The position numbers were made by a program, and so were the translations under genes. A model generated the notes under the pieces. It worked only from the letters and a program-made list of their open reading frames with translations. It made no database searches and was not told the origin of the DNA. Below, in pieces: positions 27,120-40,779 of a stretch of DNA of 58,655 nt. Each line of letters opens with the position of its first letter. Within the stretch, counting starts at the first letter, position 1. Source of the DNA: Octopus bimaculoides. Its lineage: Eukaryota. The DNA is taken from NCBI RefSeq assembly GCF_001194135.2, contig NC_068993.1:20755734-20814388 (forward strand). The letters are read 5' to 3'.

Positions 27120-27679
27120 TTAGCTTCGACTAGAGAAGGTGTCAGCCTTGATATTTACCAGGGGGCCCGTCACTTTTTAAAAAACCCCAAAACGCACCGA
27201 ATTGTAGAAAATACATTTCTGTATTATAAGTGGTAGGTGAAGTTTTGTTTGTCTCTGTTTGTAACATAGAGTTGTTGAATACACATATCAACGAAAATAG
27301 TCTTCCGCAATTTTTAAAAAAATTATTACTTGCTCGACTGGAAGAAAGTTGTGCACTGTCCACGGTCTTTGTAGGTTCTCTTAGACCAGAATGTCTGATG
27401 CTGTTAATGTTTCTGCAGGAAAGAAAGGCGTCTGAAGTAAATTCCCGAGTACCGAAGTTCTGAGGTGAACAGACTAAGCGTAGGGTTTAGTGCAGGATCT
27501 GGGAAGTGGAAACAACACGGATGATGAAAGGAGGGGAAAGAGTGCCTAACTATTGGAGATACAAGACCTGCCAACACTGAGGAATAGAGGCCATTATAGT
27601 CTCATTAGAAAGGAGAGAGCACGACTTTGAGCCAGAAGATGGAGCATACCTGCGAATGAGTTTTTGCTAGTCGTTCTCT

Positions 27680-27925
27680 ATCAGTGGTCAAGGATATTTG
27701 TGCTACTTGATTTTTCGCTAATATTTTTTTATGTGGTAGAATCGTCACCACGCTTATGGGCATTTCGCGATTTACGTTCTGAGCTCGAATTCCGCCGGGG
27801 TCACTTTGCCTTTCGTAGTTTGGGGGTTGATAAATTAAATACCAGTTGAGTACTGGGGTTAATGTAATCGACTTAACCCCACCTCCAAACTTGCTGGCCT
27901 TGTGCCAAAATTTGAAATCAATATT
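27680..27925 (+). mobile_element. SINE family B
   Basis: GTTCTGAGCTCGAATTCCGCCGGGGTCACTTTGCCTTTC core; TGTGCCAAAATTTGAAATCAATA tail. Confidence 0.85.
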
Positions 27926-28139
27926 TTTTACGTGAATTGCCAAGTGACCCGATTTGGCTATCCACGATAGGTTTTTTTTCTACCTCTCTATTTCATTTCC
28001 CGTTTCATATCTTCGATTGTCTTTTCTTTATTCTCTATATCCCAGCAGAGTCTTAAGATCATCCAACGATGAACACTCTAACAGATAATCAGAATTGCTT
28101 GAAAATACAGCCAAATCACCGGTCAATTATACCATACTC

Positions 28140-28378
28140 TATATATATATCTACGCGCGCGCGCGCGTGTTTGTCCTACCACCACCACTGGACAACCAGT
28201 GTTGGTGTGTTTACGTCCCCGTAACTTAGCGGTTCGGCAAAATTGTTCGATATAATAAGTACCAGGCTTTAAAAAACAAGTATTAGCGTGGATTCGTTCG
28301 TCTAAAAATTCTTCAAGGCGGTGCCCCAGCATGGCCGCAGTCTAATGGCTGAAACAAGTAAAAGATGAAAGATATAAG
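28140..28378 (+). mobile_element. SINE family A, 3' module only
   Basis: GTGTTTACGTCCCCGTAACTTAGCGGTTCGGCAAAA...CCCCAGCATGGCCGCAGTC. Confidence 0.85.
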
Positions 28379-28516
28379 AGAAGCACCTTTGATATTTTAC
28401 TACAATGCCAAGTCGTACCTACGTGTACGGTCACAACACAAGTATTAATTGTAATCTCATCTCCTTGGTAACCATCCCTTCCTTTATAAATTCCTCGTTA
28501 TTGAAGTAACTTCTTC

Positions 28517-28835
28517 AGTGGCTGTGTGGTAAGTAGCTTGCTTACCAACCACATGGTTCCGGGTTCAGTCCCACTGCGTGGCACCTTATATATATATATA
28601 TATATATGTGTGTGTATATGTTTGTGTGCCTGTGTTTGTCCCCCCAACATCGTTTGACAACCGATGCTGGTGTGTTTATGTCTCCGTAACTTAGTGGTTC
28701 GGCAAAAGATAACGATAGAATAAATACTAGGCTTACAAAGAATAAGTCCTGGGTGTCGATTTGCTCGACTAAAATCGGTACTCCAGTATGGCCACAGTCA
28801 AATGACAGAAACAAGTAAAAGAGCAAAAGAGTGAA
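28517..28835 (+). mobile_element. SINE family A with internal deletion
   Basis: Head stops at GTGGCACCTT, jumps to the (TA)n linker, then a complete 3' module. Confidence 0.9.
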
Positions 28836-28954
28836 AGAGTATAATCATGCATTCTACAAGAATTAGCTGCTGAATCTCCCACAAATCGCTACAACCTACT
28901 ATTTCCAAAAGAATCTTACCTCGGATAATGTAGTCTTACATTTACTACATCTGA

Positions 28955-29326
28955 TGTGGAGGAACGATGGCCCAGTAGTTAGGGCAGCGGACTCGCGGTC
29001 ATAGAATCGCGGTTTCGATTCCCAGACCGGGCGTTGTGAGTGTTTATTGAGCGAAAACACCTAAAGCTCCACGAGGCTCCGGCAGGGATGCTGGCGAACC
29101 CTGCTGTACTCGTCCACCACAACTTTCTCTCACTCTTACTTCCTGTTGTGTCTGTAATTCAAAGGGTCAGCCTTGTCACACTGTGTCACTCTGAATATCC
29201 CCCGAGAACTACGTTAAGGGTACACGTGTCGGTGGAGTGCTCAACCACTTGCACGTTAATTTCACAAGCAGGCTGTTCCGTTGAACTGGAACCCTCGACG
29301 TCATAAGCGACGGAGTGCCAACAACA
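28955..29326 (+). mobile_element. SINE family C, full length
   Basis: 11-bp TSD ACTACATCTGA at 28944-28954 and 29327-29337; (CAA)n tail. Confidence 0.92.
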
Positions 29327-29825
29327 ACTACATCTGAAATAAAAGAGCGATGGAACTGTCTAGAATATCTTTGATGATAAGTCTTCTCGATCAGCGGTAG
29401 CTAACCTCCCTTTGCTAACCAACAATAATCATTCTCCTCATCTCTCTCTCTCTCACAGTCTATAACTCTTTGAAGTAGTTGTTCGATTTAATCAACTATA
29501 TCTCTACTGGTCGTGTAGCTCTGTAAAATTATTACATTCTTTCAAAGGCATATCTATAGAAACACTCTAAAATTTGCAAACCAACGTTTTCTTTCTTTTT
29601 CAGTTTCTTAATTTGTAATTAGCACTACCATCACGATTATAGCAATTTCTTCTTCTTCTTCCACTATCATCATTTTTACCCTACCTCCTCCTTCCATCCT
29701 ACCTACAAGTTAAGAACATCTTCAGGGTGTCTGGTTGTTGTTGATAAGACTTAACGTTTTGCCCATACCTTGCTAAGAGAAGAGACAGAGGTAAAGAAAC
29801 GAGAAGACAGAAGTAAATAGAAGAG

Positions 29826-29880
<55 letters not shown>

Positions 29881-31142
29881 GAGTGGAGGAGGCAGATGAA
29901 AAAGAAAGAGAGAGACGGGAGGTTTAAGTGAAAAACCGAGAGATGGCTAAACGTGAGAGACGAGGAGACAAAAGAGCATTGATATGGAGGAGAGATTTGA
30001 AGAGATTTGAAGGACAAAAGATTAGCTTTCGATATGAAGCCAAAAAGCATGGACAGAGAAATTTTTAATACCATAATTGGAGAAAAAGGACAAACCCCTT
30101 GATCTTCATAGTCCCCAATTCTCTTCTTCCATAACAGCGAGATTGAGGTTAGTGGTGTTCAGTTTGAAGATCTAGGGTCTGGGTTTGTAAGAAACAAACG
30201 TAAACGGGGAAGTTATGCTATTTCAAATAATTGCATTCAAGCTGAGATTAGACTCGCTGAGTAAAGAAAAGTTGAAGTGATGTGTGTGTGTGTATGTATA
30301 TATAGTATATATACATNNNNNNNNNNNNNNNNNNNNNNNNNNNNNNNNNNNNNNNNNNNNNNNNNNNNNNNNNNNNNNNNNNNNNNNNNNNNNNNNNNNN
30401 NNNNNNNNNNNNNNNNACACACACACACACACACACACTCGCATATACATAAGCTTAAACTAACGAATCTACACACACACAGACTAAAACACTTGTACAA
30501 ATGTCAGGTTACTGTGACATGGCGCACTCTTATGTTTACTCTCGGGGTCAAAATAATTGTAAGGGATTGCTGCAAATTCAGAAAGTTAGCTTCCATCACT
30601 TATCTCCCATAAATAAATATAGAAACAAACAAATACATAAATAAATACGATAGAAAATAAATAAGCAAATGATTTATATTTGCGCATAATTTAACACGGT
30701 GTGGGCCCACTGTTTTAAGATTGTTTACATTACAGAGAACAGAGGATGGCATGATCCTTGAGTTGGTATATGATTGGAATATTAATACATTTGGAATTGC
30801 TGTAACCGTCCATTTCATAGGACAAATATATGAAGGTCACAAATCTGAGAATAAGAACCCAGTGTCTGCTGCTGTGTTTTTTGTAGACTAAAGAAGATTA
30901 AGCTGTTGAGGCCTAATACACCGAAACATATGTCATGCCTACAGACATTTCAGATTCCTTGCGTGTAAAGATTACAGATTCCTTTCTCCAATGAATTTTT
31001 AAGAGATTATTTCTTAATTTCCCAAAATTAACACCTCTTTCGTTTGCGAGTAACTAACGATTACTATTTGTGTAGAATTTCATTCTTCAACTAAGAGAAA
31101 ACTTTTGCGTTAACGTATTAACGATTCTGCCAGCTCACCAGC

Positions 31143-31187
<45 letters not shown>

Positions 31188-31802
31188 GTTTTAATTTTTG
31201 GCGCAAGGCCAACAATTTCAAGGGCGAGGTAAGTTGATTACACCGACCCTAGGGTTCAACTGGTACTTATTTCNNNNNNNNNNNNNNNNNNNNNNNNNNN
31301 NNNNNNNNNNNNNNNNNNNNNNNNNNNNNNNNNNNNNNNNNNNNNNNNNNNNNNNNNNNNNNNNNNNNNNNNNNNNNNNNNNNNNNNNNNNNNNNNNNNN
31401 NNNNNNNNNNNNNNNNNNNNNNNNNNNNNNNNNNNNNNNNNNNNNNNNNNNNNNNNNNNNNNNNNNNNNNNNNNNNNNNNNNNNNNNNNNNNNNNNNNNN
31501 NNNNNNNNNNNNNNNNNNNNNNNNNNNNNNNNNNNNNNNNNNNNNNNNNNNNNNNNNNNNNNNNNNNNNNNNNNNNNNNNNNNNNNNNNNNNNNNNNNNN
31601 NNNNNNNNNNNNNNNNNNNNNNNNNNNNNNNNNNNNNNNNNNNNNNNNNNNNNNNNNNNNNNNNNNNNNNNNNNNNNNNCATATTCTTTACCTACGCTAC
31701 TCTCTCATAACTACCAAATGTAAATTTTCCCAAAACTACATTCGAAATATTCCTCTCTTCAGGTTCGGCAACGACTTCAGCGAAGAACGTACAGGTATTA
31801 TT

Positions 31803-31848
<46 letters not shown>

Positions 31849-31855
31849 CTTTCTG

Positions 31856-32280
31856 TGACTCTTTTACTTGTTTCAGTCATTTGACTGCGGCCATGCTGGA
31901 GCATTGCCTTAAGGAGTGTTTTAGTCGAAGAAATCCACCCCAGGACTTGTTCTTTGTGAGCCTAGTACTTATTCTGTAGGTCTATTTTGCCGAACCGCTA
32001 GATTACAAGGACGTAAACACACCAACATCGGTTGTCAAGTGATGATGAGGGGACAAACACAAACACAAAGATACACACACACATAAATATATACATACAC
32101 ACACACACATATATACGACGGGCTTCTTTCAGTTTCTACCTACCAAATCTACTTACAAGGCTTTAGTCGGCCCAGGCTGTACTAGAAGACACTTGCCCAA
32201 GATACCACGCAGATATACTGAACCCGGAACCATGTTGTTGGTAAGCAAGCTTCTACCACACAGATATGCCTGCGCATATA
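31856..32280 (-). mobile_element. SINE family A
   Basis: Complete reverse-complement copy with an AC/TA linker. Confidence 0.9.
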
Positions 32281-32415
32281 NNNNNNNNNNATATATATAT
32301 ATATATATGTATATGTATGTATGTATATTTTATTTTATTTTATTATATTAAATTTGTAAAACAAATTCTGAAGCGCCGAGTGTGTCGGTATATATTTCAT
32401 TAGCTTGGTCTAGAT

Positions 32416-32530
32416 CAGTGGTTCTCAACCAGGGTCCGTATGGCCCTTGGGGGTCCATAATACAAGACTGTGATCAGAGTTTATGTCAAACAAATTGGTT
32501 ATACTTCTACAATACACAAAATATTTGATA
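32416..32530 (+). mobile_element. hAT/Charlie-like terminus
   Basis: CAGTGGTTCTCAACC TIR preceded by GTCTAGAT, which fits the NTCTAGAN Charlie target preference. Confidence 0.65.
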
Positions 32531-32976
32531 ATTTTTTTTAGAGTAGTTGCTACTGCAGTATCACTAAAGATGGCTCAGAGTGGAAACACATCTCTGAGTC
32601 AAAGGTTGAAATGTACTGGTGGGTGCCATACACCCTATAATGATCTGGCAATATGGTTGTTACACACGCACACAGACTAAACTACATCCACCAAAATTAA
32701 TCAGTTAATTTAGTAAGCATTTAAAAACTTACCATCGTAGTACAAGTGATATATTTAACAGTACTTCTTTGAAAGATCCAGTTTATATAAATTACTCAAC
32801 GAGAAGATTTAGGCTTCAATTTACAGTTCCCCATCTCACGAGAAGGATCTAAAAGAAGACCAGACTTAAACAACGAAAAGTTGACCCTACTAATAACGGA
32901 ACAGTAAACTATATATGTGTATGCATACACACGCTCAAACACACACACAGAAACACACACACACACATACACACGC

Positions 32977-33026
<50 letters not shown>

Positions 33027-34196
33027 ACATACACACATATATGTGTGATGTGTGTGTGTATGTGTGTTTATGTGTATATCTATAACAGTAAACTTTGAAC
33101 TATTCGAATGTGTTCGTAACTGATCGAACTCGTCCAAAGGTAGGCACTCCGATGTCAAAAAGAGTGGGTGGGCTAAATCAGGTGGTGTGTTAAACCAGCG
33201 TAGATAGAATTTCTTAGCAATGTGTACTAGAATTTGCGTTGCCAAGGGCGGTCCTTGAGTTTGCTGCCCCACGCAAAAAACACAAATTAATATGTGCATG
33301 AAGTATCACTTCCAAAATTGCTTCCACACTTAATACTATCATTTTAGCCCTACTCGATTAAAAAAAATTCATTCTCGTAGCCACAAAACCTTTGTCCACA
33401 CACATCTATCCGTATCTACAACGCTGTAGAACTACCCCGCCAATGTTTTCTTTGCATCAACTAACAGAGGTTTGAGTTGAACATCAGTAACCCATACACT
33501 GGTCACTATCCCTCCTCCTCAGGCTTAAGGATAAAGCAAGAAGTAATGGAAGAACGATAAAGATTTTGTACACATATAGTGTTTCAGACATCACTGTTCC
33601 AGTGGAGGGAAAGTTTAATTAAAATACATCTGAACTTTAAATTAGATGTGGATGGATGGGGTAGCATAGTTAAATGCTTCCACATCGGAGTAATTTTATC
33701 AAAAATTCTTTATTATTTTTTCAGGCTTGTAATATTTACACGTCTAATGGCTTAACATTGGAGAATTGGGGGAAAATGACTCACACATACACACACGCAC
33801 TCACACATACACACAACAGTATACACCACTCAATACACATATTACACACTATATGTGGCATACAATCACATATGCACGTACGCTTGCCGGCATTCGTAAG
33901 CAAATACATAAACACAAACTCTCTTCTTCTCTTCCCTATCGTTCAAACCACTATATTCACTGAATGAAAGAATGGTTAAAACAAAAGAAGACCTTGATTT
34001 AATGTCACTGCTAAAAACATTAAGTTGGATTTCATTTGAAATTAAATTGAAGACAAAATAATGCTTAAAATAAAGTAAATTAAGTTAAAATCACACATTA
34101 AAGTCGCATTTAAAAATTAAGTGTGGTTTCTAACGAGTGTTAATGATTATTGAATAGAGAAACAGCCGTGACTGTGCGGTAAGAAGCTTTCTCCCC

Positions 34197-34423
34197 GGCG
34201 AGCTGGCAGAATCGTTCGGACGCCGGGTGAAATGCTTAGCGGTATTTCGTCTGCCGTTACGTTCTGAGTTCGAATTCCGCCGAGGTCGACTTTGCCTTTC
34301 ATCCTTTCGGGGTCGATAAATTAAGTACCAGTTACACACTGGGGTCGAAGTAAACGACTTAATCCCTTTGTCTGTCCTTGTTTTTCCCCTCTATGTTTAG
34401 CCCCTTGTGGGCAATGAAGAAAC
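34197..34423 (+). mobile_element. SINE family B, young, inserted in a family A head
   Basis: 16-bp TSD AAGAAGCTTTCTCCCC at 34181-34196 and 34424-34439. Confidence 0.92.
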
Positions 34424-37109
34424 AAGAAGCTTTCTCCCCAACAACATGATCCAGGGTTCAGTCCTACTGCGAACAATACTTTCTTCCTCTCTCATATGGC
34501 ATTGATCTGAAGAAAGTATTGTTCGCTCTGTACGGTGGAACTGTACCACATACTCTTCTCTAAGGATAAATTGATTAATAAAGTAAAGAATAATGCTCTG
34601 AAATGTACGCATATCATAAGAGGTACATTTCGTTGGTATAAATGATCTCAAGATGTGATGAAGTACAGCATGATGTCTCATGTATGTTTATGTATGTGCA
34701 ATTATGCATATATGGAAGAGTGTGTGTGTGTATATATATGTATGTATGTATATATGTATATATATCTGTGTATGTATATGTATATATGTATATATATGTG
34801 TATGTGTATATGTGTGTGTGCATGTGTATGTATATATGTATGTGTGTTGTATTTGTATGTNNNNNNNNNNNNNNNNNNNNNNNNNNNNNNNNNNNNNNNN
34901 NNNNNNNNNNNNNNNNNNNNNNNNNNNNNNNNNNNNNNNNNNNNNNNNNNNNNNNNNNNNNNNNNNNNNNNNNNNNNNNNNNNNNNNNNNNNNNNNNNNN
35001 NNNNNNNNNNNNNNNNNNNNNNNNNNNNNNNNNNNNNNNNNNNNNNNNNNNNNNNNNNNNNNNNNNNNNNNNNNNNNNNNNNNNNNNNNNNNNNNNNNNN
35101 NNNNNNNNNNNNNNNNNNNNNNNNNNNNNNNNNNNNNNNNNNNNNNNNNNNNNNNNNNNNNNNNNNNNNNNNNNNNNNNNNNNNNNNNNNNNNNNNNNNN
35201 NNNNNNNNNNNNNNNNNNNNNNNNNNNNNNNNNNNNNNNNNNNNNNNNNNNNNNNNNNNNNNNNNNNNNNNNNNNNNNNNNNNNNNNNNNNNNNNNNNNN
35301 NNNNNNNNNNNNNNNNNNNNNNNNNNNNNNNNNNNNNNNNNNNNNNNNNNNNNNNNNNNNNNNNNNNNNNNNNNNNNNNNNNNNNNNNNNNNNNNNNNNN
35401 NNNNNNNNNNNNNNNNNNNNNNNNNNNNNNNNNNNNNNNNNNNNNNNNNNNNNNNNNNNNNNNNNNNNNNNNNNNNNNNNNNNNNNNNNNNNNNNNNNNN
35501 NNNNNNNNNNNNNNNNNNNNNNNNNNNNNNNNNNNNNNNNNNNNNNNNNNNNNNNNNNNNNNNGCACCCAAATAATACTTACATATATATGTGTGTGTGA
35601 GAGGGAGAGGGAGAGAGAGAAAGATAAAGATATATAAATATATAGAGAAAGAGAGTGTGTATGTGATAACATTAAAAATGCTGTCACAAGATATAACTGT
35701 TTTCTGTCTCAATTCTGATGTGTAAATTGCTTACTTAATTGCTTGTGTACTGTAGCTCAGTGACGAAATAGNNNNNNNNNNCTCACAAGGCTTTGGTCGG
35801 CTCGATGCTATAGTAGAAGACACTTGCCCAATGTGCCACGAAGTGGGATTGAACCCAGAACCATGTAGTTGGTAAGCAAGCTACTTATCACACAGTCACC
35901 TCTGCGCCTATAAATATATGTATATATATGTATATACTTGCATTAATATATATACATATATACACACATACACATGCACATACATATATGCATATATATC
36001 GCTTGTGTATATGAATATGTCTAACACTTTCAGACGTTCGACATTGTGTTATCTTCACAGTTGTTGCTACCTAAATACCTGCAATGGACTTTTTGTCTTT
36101 GTTAGAAACCAACTCCTTCTTTAAATATTAAAAAAAAAAAGTAAATGGAAATAACTTACACACATGTAGACACATGCAGATTCAAATGTATATGAATACA
36201 CACATACCTAAACACGCAAGCACACACTTTCTGTCTCGCACCCAAATAATACTTACATATATATGTGTGTGTGAGAGGGAGAGGGAGAGAGAGAAAGATA
36301 AAGATATATAAATATATAGAGAAAGAGAGTGTGTATGTGATAACATTAAAAATGCTGTCACAAGATATAACTGTTTTCTGTCTCAATTCTGATGTGTAAA
36401 TTGCTTACTTAATTGCTTGTGTACTGTAGCTCAGTGACGAAATAGAATATTTACCACATGGAGAATGTGAAAGAACATCTCATCGCGTAAAATAGCGGTT
36501 TCCATATTAAATATTTTTCCACATTGAATTATAACTCTCTTTTGGAAGTAAATACTTTGTTTAGTCTGTCACCATTAGCATTTTATTGCTTCTATAATAA
36601 AATTCAATGGAGTTGCTGGGAGGAACATCATAAAACTTTTCAAGAAAACCTATGGAACTGTAGCTCGCCAAATCAAAAAGTGGACGGTTTGTTCTTCGTC
36701 AATAGCTCTTAACTGATTCAAAAGACATTGAATTTATGTTAAATACGTACAATGGTTAGACAAAAAGAGCGCTAAAACTCACAAAAATACTACTTGAGTG
36801 ATGTATGTATCAAGAGTTTAAATCTTTTTATGTGTAAAGATTCAAATTATGGTTGGTTTGGAGCTCTTCGTTTGCATCCTTGTTTCATCAATACGTCCTG
36901 TTAAAAACAATTGGACGCATAGGGAGGAACAAATTAATTGGTTATAGAAAAAGGTGCTGCAATGTCTTTCAGCGAAATTTAACTTAGCACGGCACTTGTA
37001 ATAATGTATTTAAACTATGCTATTGTATTTGTTTCGGTAACCACAGATAAAGAAACGAAATGATATATGCATGTATTATTAAGTAATAGAAAAACAAACT
37101 CTCCGCAAA

Positions 37110-37240
37110 ATTATTGGTTTTAATTTTGGGCGCAATGCCAGCAATTTTGGGAGAGGAGGTAAGTTGATCACATCCAGGGTTCAACTGGTACTGATTTTAT
37201 CGACCCGAAAAGATGAAAGACAAAGTCACATTGGCGAACT
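37110..37240 (-). mobile_element. SINE family B, partial
   Basis: GGTACTGATTTTATCGACCCGAAAAGATGAAAGACAAAGTC is the reverse complement of the core. Confidence 0.8.
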
Positions 37241-37620
37241 TACCGTAAAAAAAAATAATTAAACATTGTAACTTTTGTAAGCATCAATTAGAGATCGAAA
37301 ACGACGTACACTCACTGTTATTTTTATTTTTCGATTTGACCTGAGAGAAAGGGGCTATGCCTAAAGCTTTAACAAGATATCTCAAGCCGATATGATTAAT
37401 GTGGTTAGCGCTCGTCTTTGAACGATTGCATGCTGACGGCTGCAGGAAAGAAAACATACATAGGAAGCGAATGCTGGCAAACCGACGTTCTGGGGTGGAA
37501 ATAATGGGCATAGTGATTACTAGGTGACCTGAGGATGTGGGTAGAAACAATAAGGGTACGCTAGCAATAGATATGAGAGGGAGGGAAAGAGGGAAAGAGA
37601 GTGAGAAAGAATGGGACGAA

Positions 37621-38004
37621 ATTGTGGGCACTCCGTCGCTTACGACGTCGAGGGTTCCAGTTGATCCGATCAACGGAACAGCCTGCTCATGAAATTAGCG
37701 TGCATGTTGCTGAGCACTCCATAGACACGTGTACCCTTAAGGTAGTTCTCGGGGATATTCAGCGTGACACAGTGTGACAAGGCTGACCCTTTGAATTACA
37801 GGCACAACAGAAACAGGAAGTAAGAGTGAGAGAAAGTTGTGGTGGAAGAGTACAGCAGGGTTCGCCACCATCCCTTGCTGGAGCCTCGTGGAGCTTTAGG
37901 TGTTTTCGCTCAATAAACACTTACAATGCCCGGTCTGGGAATCGAAACCGCGATCCTATGACCACGAGTAGCTGCCCTAACCGCTGGGCCATTGCGCCTC
38001 CACT
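37621..38004 (-). mobile_element. SINE family C, full length
   Basis: 11-bp TSD AATGGGACGAA at 37610-37620 and 38005-38015. Confidence 0.92.
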
Positions 38005-39413
38005 AATGGGACGAAGAGACATGTGACATTATGTTGATAAGCAAAGGCTGGAGAAAGTTGGTAAGCGATTGCACCATATAAGTGCGTTTATTTTTGTTTC
38101 TTTCTCAAATTTGGCAATAACTGTCTATCTGTTTTAACTGAAAATAAAATGAAACAAAAATCTAAAAGCACTAAAGAGAAAAAAAAAGAAAAAGAAAAAA
38201 CACTGAACAGCTTTATAGCAGCATACCCAGGAGTGCTTATAAGATACCCTTAATAAGATAACATCGCCCCATTGCAATTCCCAATAAATATTTGTAGCAT
38301 TTTACAAGCATGCAAGAATATACTTCTAAGTAAGATTATATGCACTCGCTCTTCATTATCTGTAAAATTACACCAGTCAAATGCATACGTGCGAAATAAA
38401 GGTAGCATGATTAGCTATTCTTCGTTATACGAGTCAGTGTGTTTGTGCGCCTGTTTTATTTTGTATTTCACCTAATTTTAATGATGCCTGTTTCTATGTG
38501 TGCGCACGTATGTGTACGTTTGTACTATTATATACGAATATGTTCTATTGCCTTTATGCATTAGCATTCATGTATTCGCTATATGAATGTGTGTTTAAAT
38601 GTGACTTGTTTCATTAGTATCTATTGTGTGCCTGTAAGTTAAAATGGCTGTTTCATGTATGAAAATATCTCTGTGTAATTTTTTGCTTTTTACGCTGATG
38701 TACTTTTATACTTTTTATATGTCTGTATGTGTTAATTTATCTGTGTGAATATTTACGTGAATGTTTTTCACTTTCTTTTCTCTCTAATTACAGGTATATG
38801 TCTATATTAGTATCTACATGTGTGCTGTTTGTTTCTTTTGTGGTTTATGTATAGTGCCATTTTCTTTTGGATTCTTGCAAGAATGTTGTTTGTTTGTTTA
38901 TATGTGTGTTTACGTTTGTTGTTTTGATGCAATATTTTTACTCATGTCAAATTCTGGAGCAAGGTGTGCGTATGAGATGGGTTGGTGTTTGGGAATGGAA
39001 TAGTTATACAGTAGTACAAGTGATATTTATAAAATATATTGCTGCACTTCGTATCAAGTATCTTTTTTCTGAGTCTTCTGATTATAAGAATGCTTGCAGT
39101 AGAATAAACCAAAAACAAAAATACACATACATACTTACATACACACATACACACGCGTGCGCGCACACGTGTGCATGTATGTATACTTACATACGCACAC
39201 ACTCTCGCGCTCACTTTTAGCGAAAACTAAAGAAAAAAAAATTAAGATGAATCATTTCTGACAAAATGTATAAGACTTAATCTCACAACTGCTTACTGCA
39301 TGTTGATGTGAGTGCCAACGTGAGACCATCTACATGATCGATCGGCTTACTAGAAATAACAACCAAGCTGCCATTATATCACATCCTCCTATTTTAAAAT
39401 AAGTATGGTCATA

Positions 39414-39578
39414 GGCGCGGGAGTGGCAGTGTGGTAAGTAGCTTGCTTACCAACCACATGGTTCTGGGTTCAGTCCCACTGCGTGGCACCTTGGGCAAGT
39501 GTCTTCTACTATAGCCTCGGGCCGACCAAAACCTTGTGAGTGGATTTGGTAGACGGAAACTGAAAGAAGCCCGTCATA

Positions 39579-39633
<55 letters not shown>

Positions 39634-39846
39634 ATATGTTTGTGTGTCTGTGTTTGTCACCCCAACATCGCTTGACAACCGATGCTGGTGTGTTTACGTC
39701 CCCGTAACTTAGCGGTTCGGCAAAAGAGACCGATAGAATAAGTACTAGGCTTCCAAAGAATAAGTCCTGGGGTCGATGTGCTCGACTAAAGGCAGTGGTC
39801 CAGCATGGCCGCAGTCAAATGACTGAAACAAGTAAAGAGTAAGAGT
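39414..39846 (+). mobile_element. SINE family A, full-length reference-like copy
   Basis: tRNA-like head (box B-like GGTTCAGTCCC), body, (TA)n/(TG)n linker, 3' module ending GAAACAAGTAAAGAGTAAGAGT. Confidence 0.93.
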
Positions 39847-40779
39847 ATACAGAACATCGTCCTTGATATAATAGTTGTGAACTACAAAATAAATAAATAA
39901 ATAAATAAATAAATAGATAAGTAAACAAAAATAATAAATAAACGTCTGAATTGTGGCAGCTGGAATGTTTTTGGTTGCGGTTCTATCGGGTTAGAGTTGC
40001 CCTGGGTCTAAACAGTATCAGCAACGCCACGCTGATATGTGACATTGAATAGTGGGGAAAGAGGAAAAAGAATAGCGTTCATAGCCTATACGTGTCTTCG
40101 TTAACTCGTGAGACTGATATGAGTAATGCTTATTCAGAACTTAGTAGATCAAAATCTATGGGAAAGGTGAAGAGATTTCAGAAGACAATACTTCCAAGGA
40201 GGAGCATTTTCATAGCTCGTTGAAAGGAGGATTATGAGATGTAACACATTAGGAGAAAAGGCGTCCTTAGAGAAATATGAGAAGGGAGTACAACACAGCT
40301 TTTATAATCCTGGAGACTGTGGTGGAGAATCCTCTCAAAATCAAGGGGTTTTTCAGAAAGTGCCCCGGAAGGTAGTCACAAGCCCTTCCTCATTTCTTCG
40401 AATTGTGGACCAATGCATGGGCCAAGCCTCCATCTTATAGGTCGTAGTGACCTAAAAAGGAGAATTTGTTATGTGTGGTGTGTCCGAGTAGAAATGTCAG
40501 TCGATAGTTTTGAGCAGGGATCCTTTAAAGCTCTCAGGGGTGGGGGTACCAAAGGGAGCGCTGCATGTTTTGAGTAATCGCAATTTTTGTTCGAAATAAA
40601 ATATATGCACAGCTTAAAATAACTATATTTTAACTACATTTTAAAACACATTTTCAAAAGCAAAAGTATTGCTGAGATTAGGATAGATTACGGCTTTATG
40701 TTATTAGTGAGGCATGACTGATGCTGTATATATGTTTTCATCATATACAACCTCATTTCAATAATTTTGCATAACAAAA

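Noticed and set aside
28960-29040. tRNA-like sequences at SINE heads (also 41000-41060)
   Set aside because: Box A/B-like motifs continue into SINE bodies with TSDs and no complete cloverleaf is evident; not called as tRNA genes.
30138-30891. Plus-strand acceptor-led frames at 30138 (EIEVSGVQFEDLGSGF...) and 30736 (RTEDGMILELVYDWN...)
   Set aside because: Short, no recognisable motif, donors weak or frame ends in a stop; within chance expectation.
35564-36445. Identical 208-bp segments at 35564-35771 and 36238-36445
   Set aside because: The first copy is an island between two gaps and is identical to the second; typical misplaced contig.
39424-39435. TGGCAGTGTGGT identical to the 5' end of miR-34
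   Set aside because: Lies in the SINE family A head, diverges after 12 nt and has no precursor hairpin.
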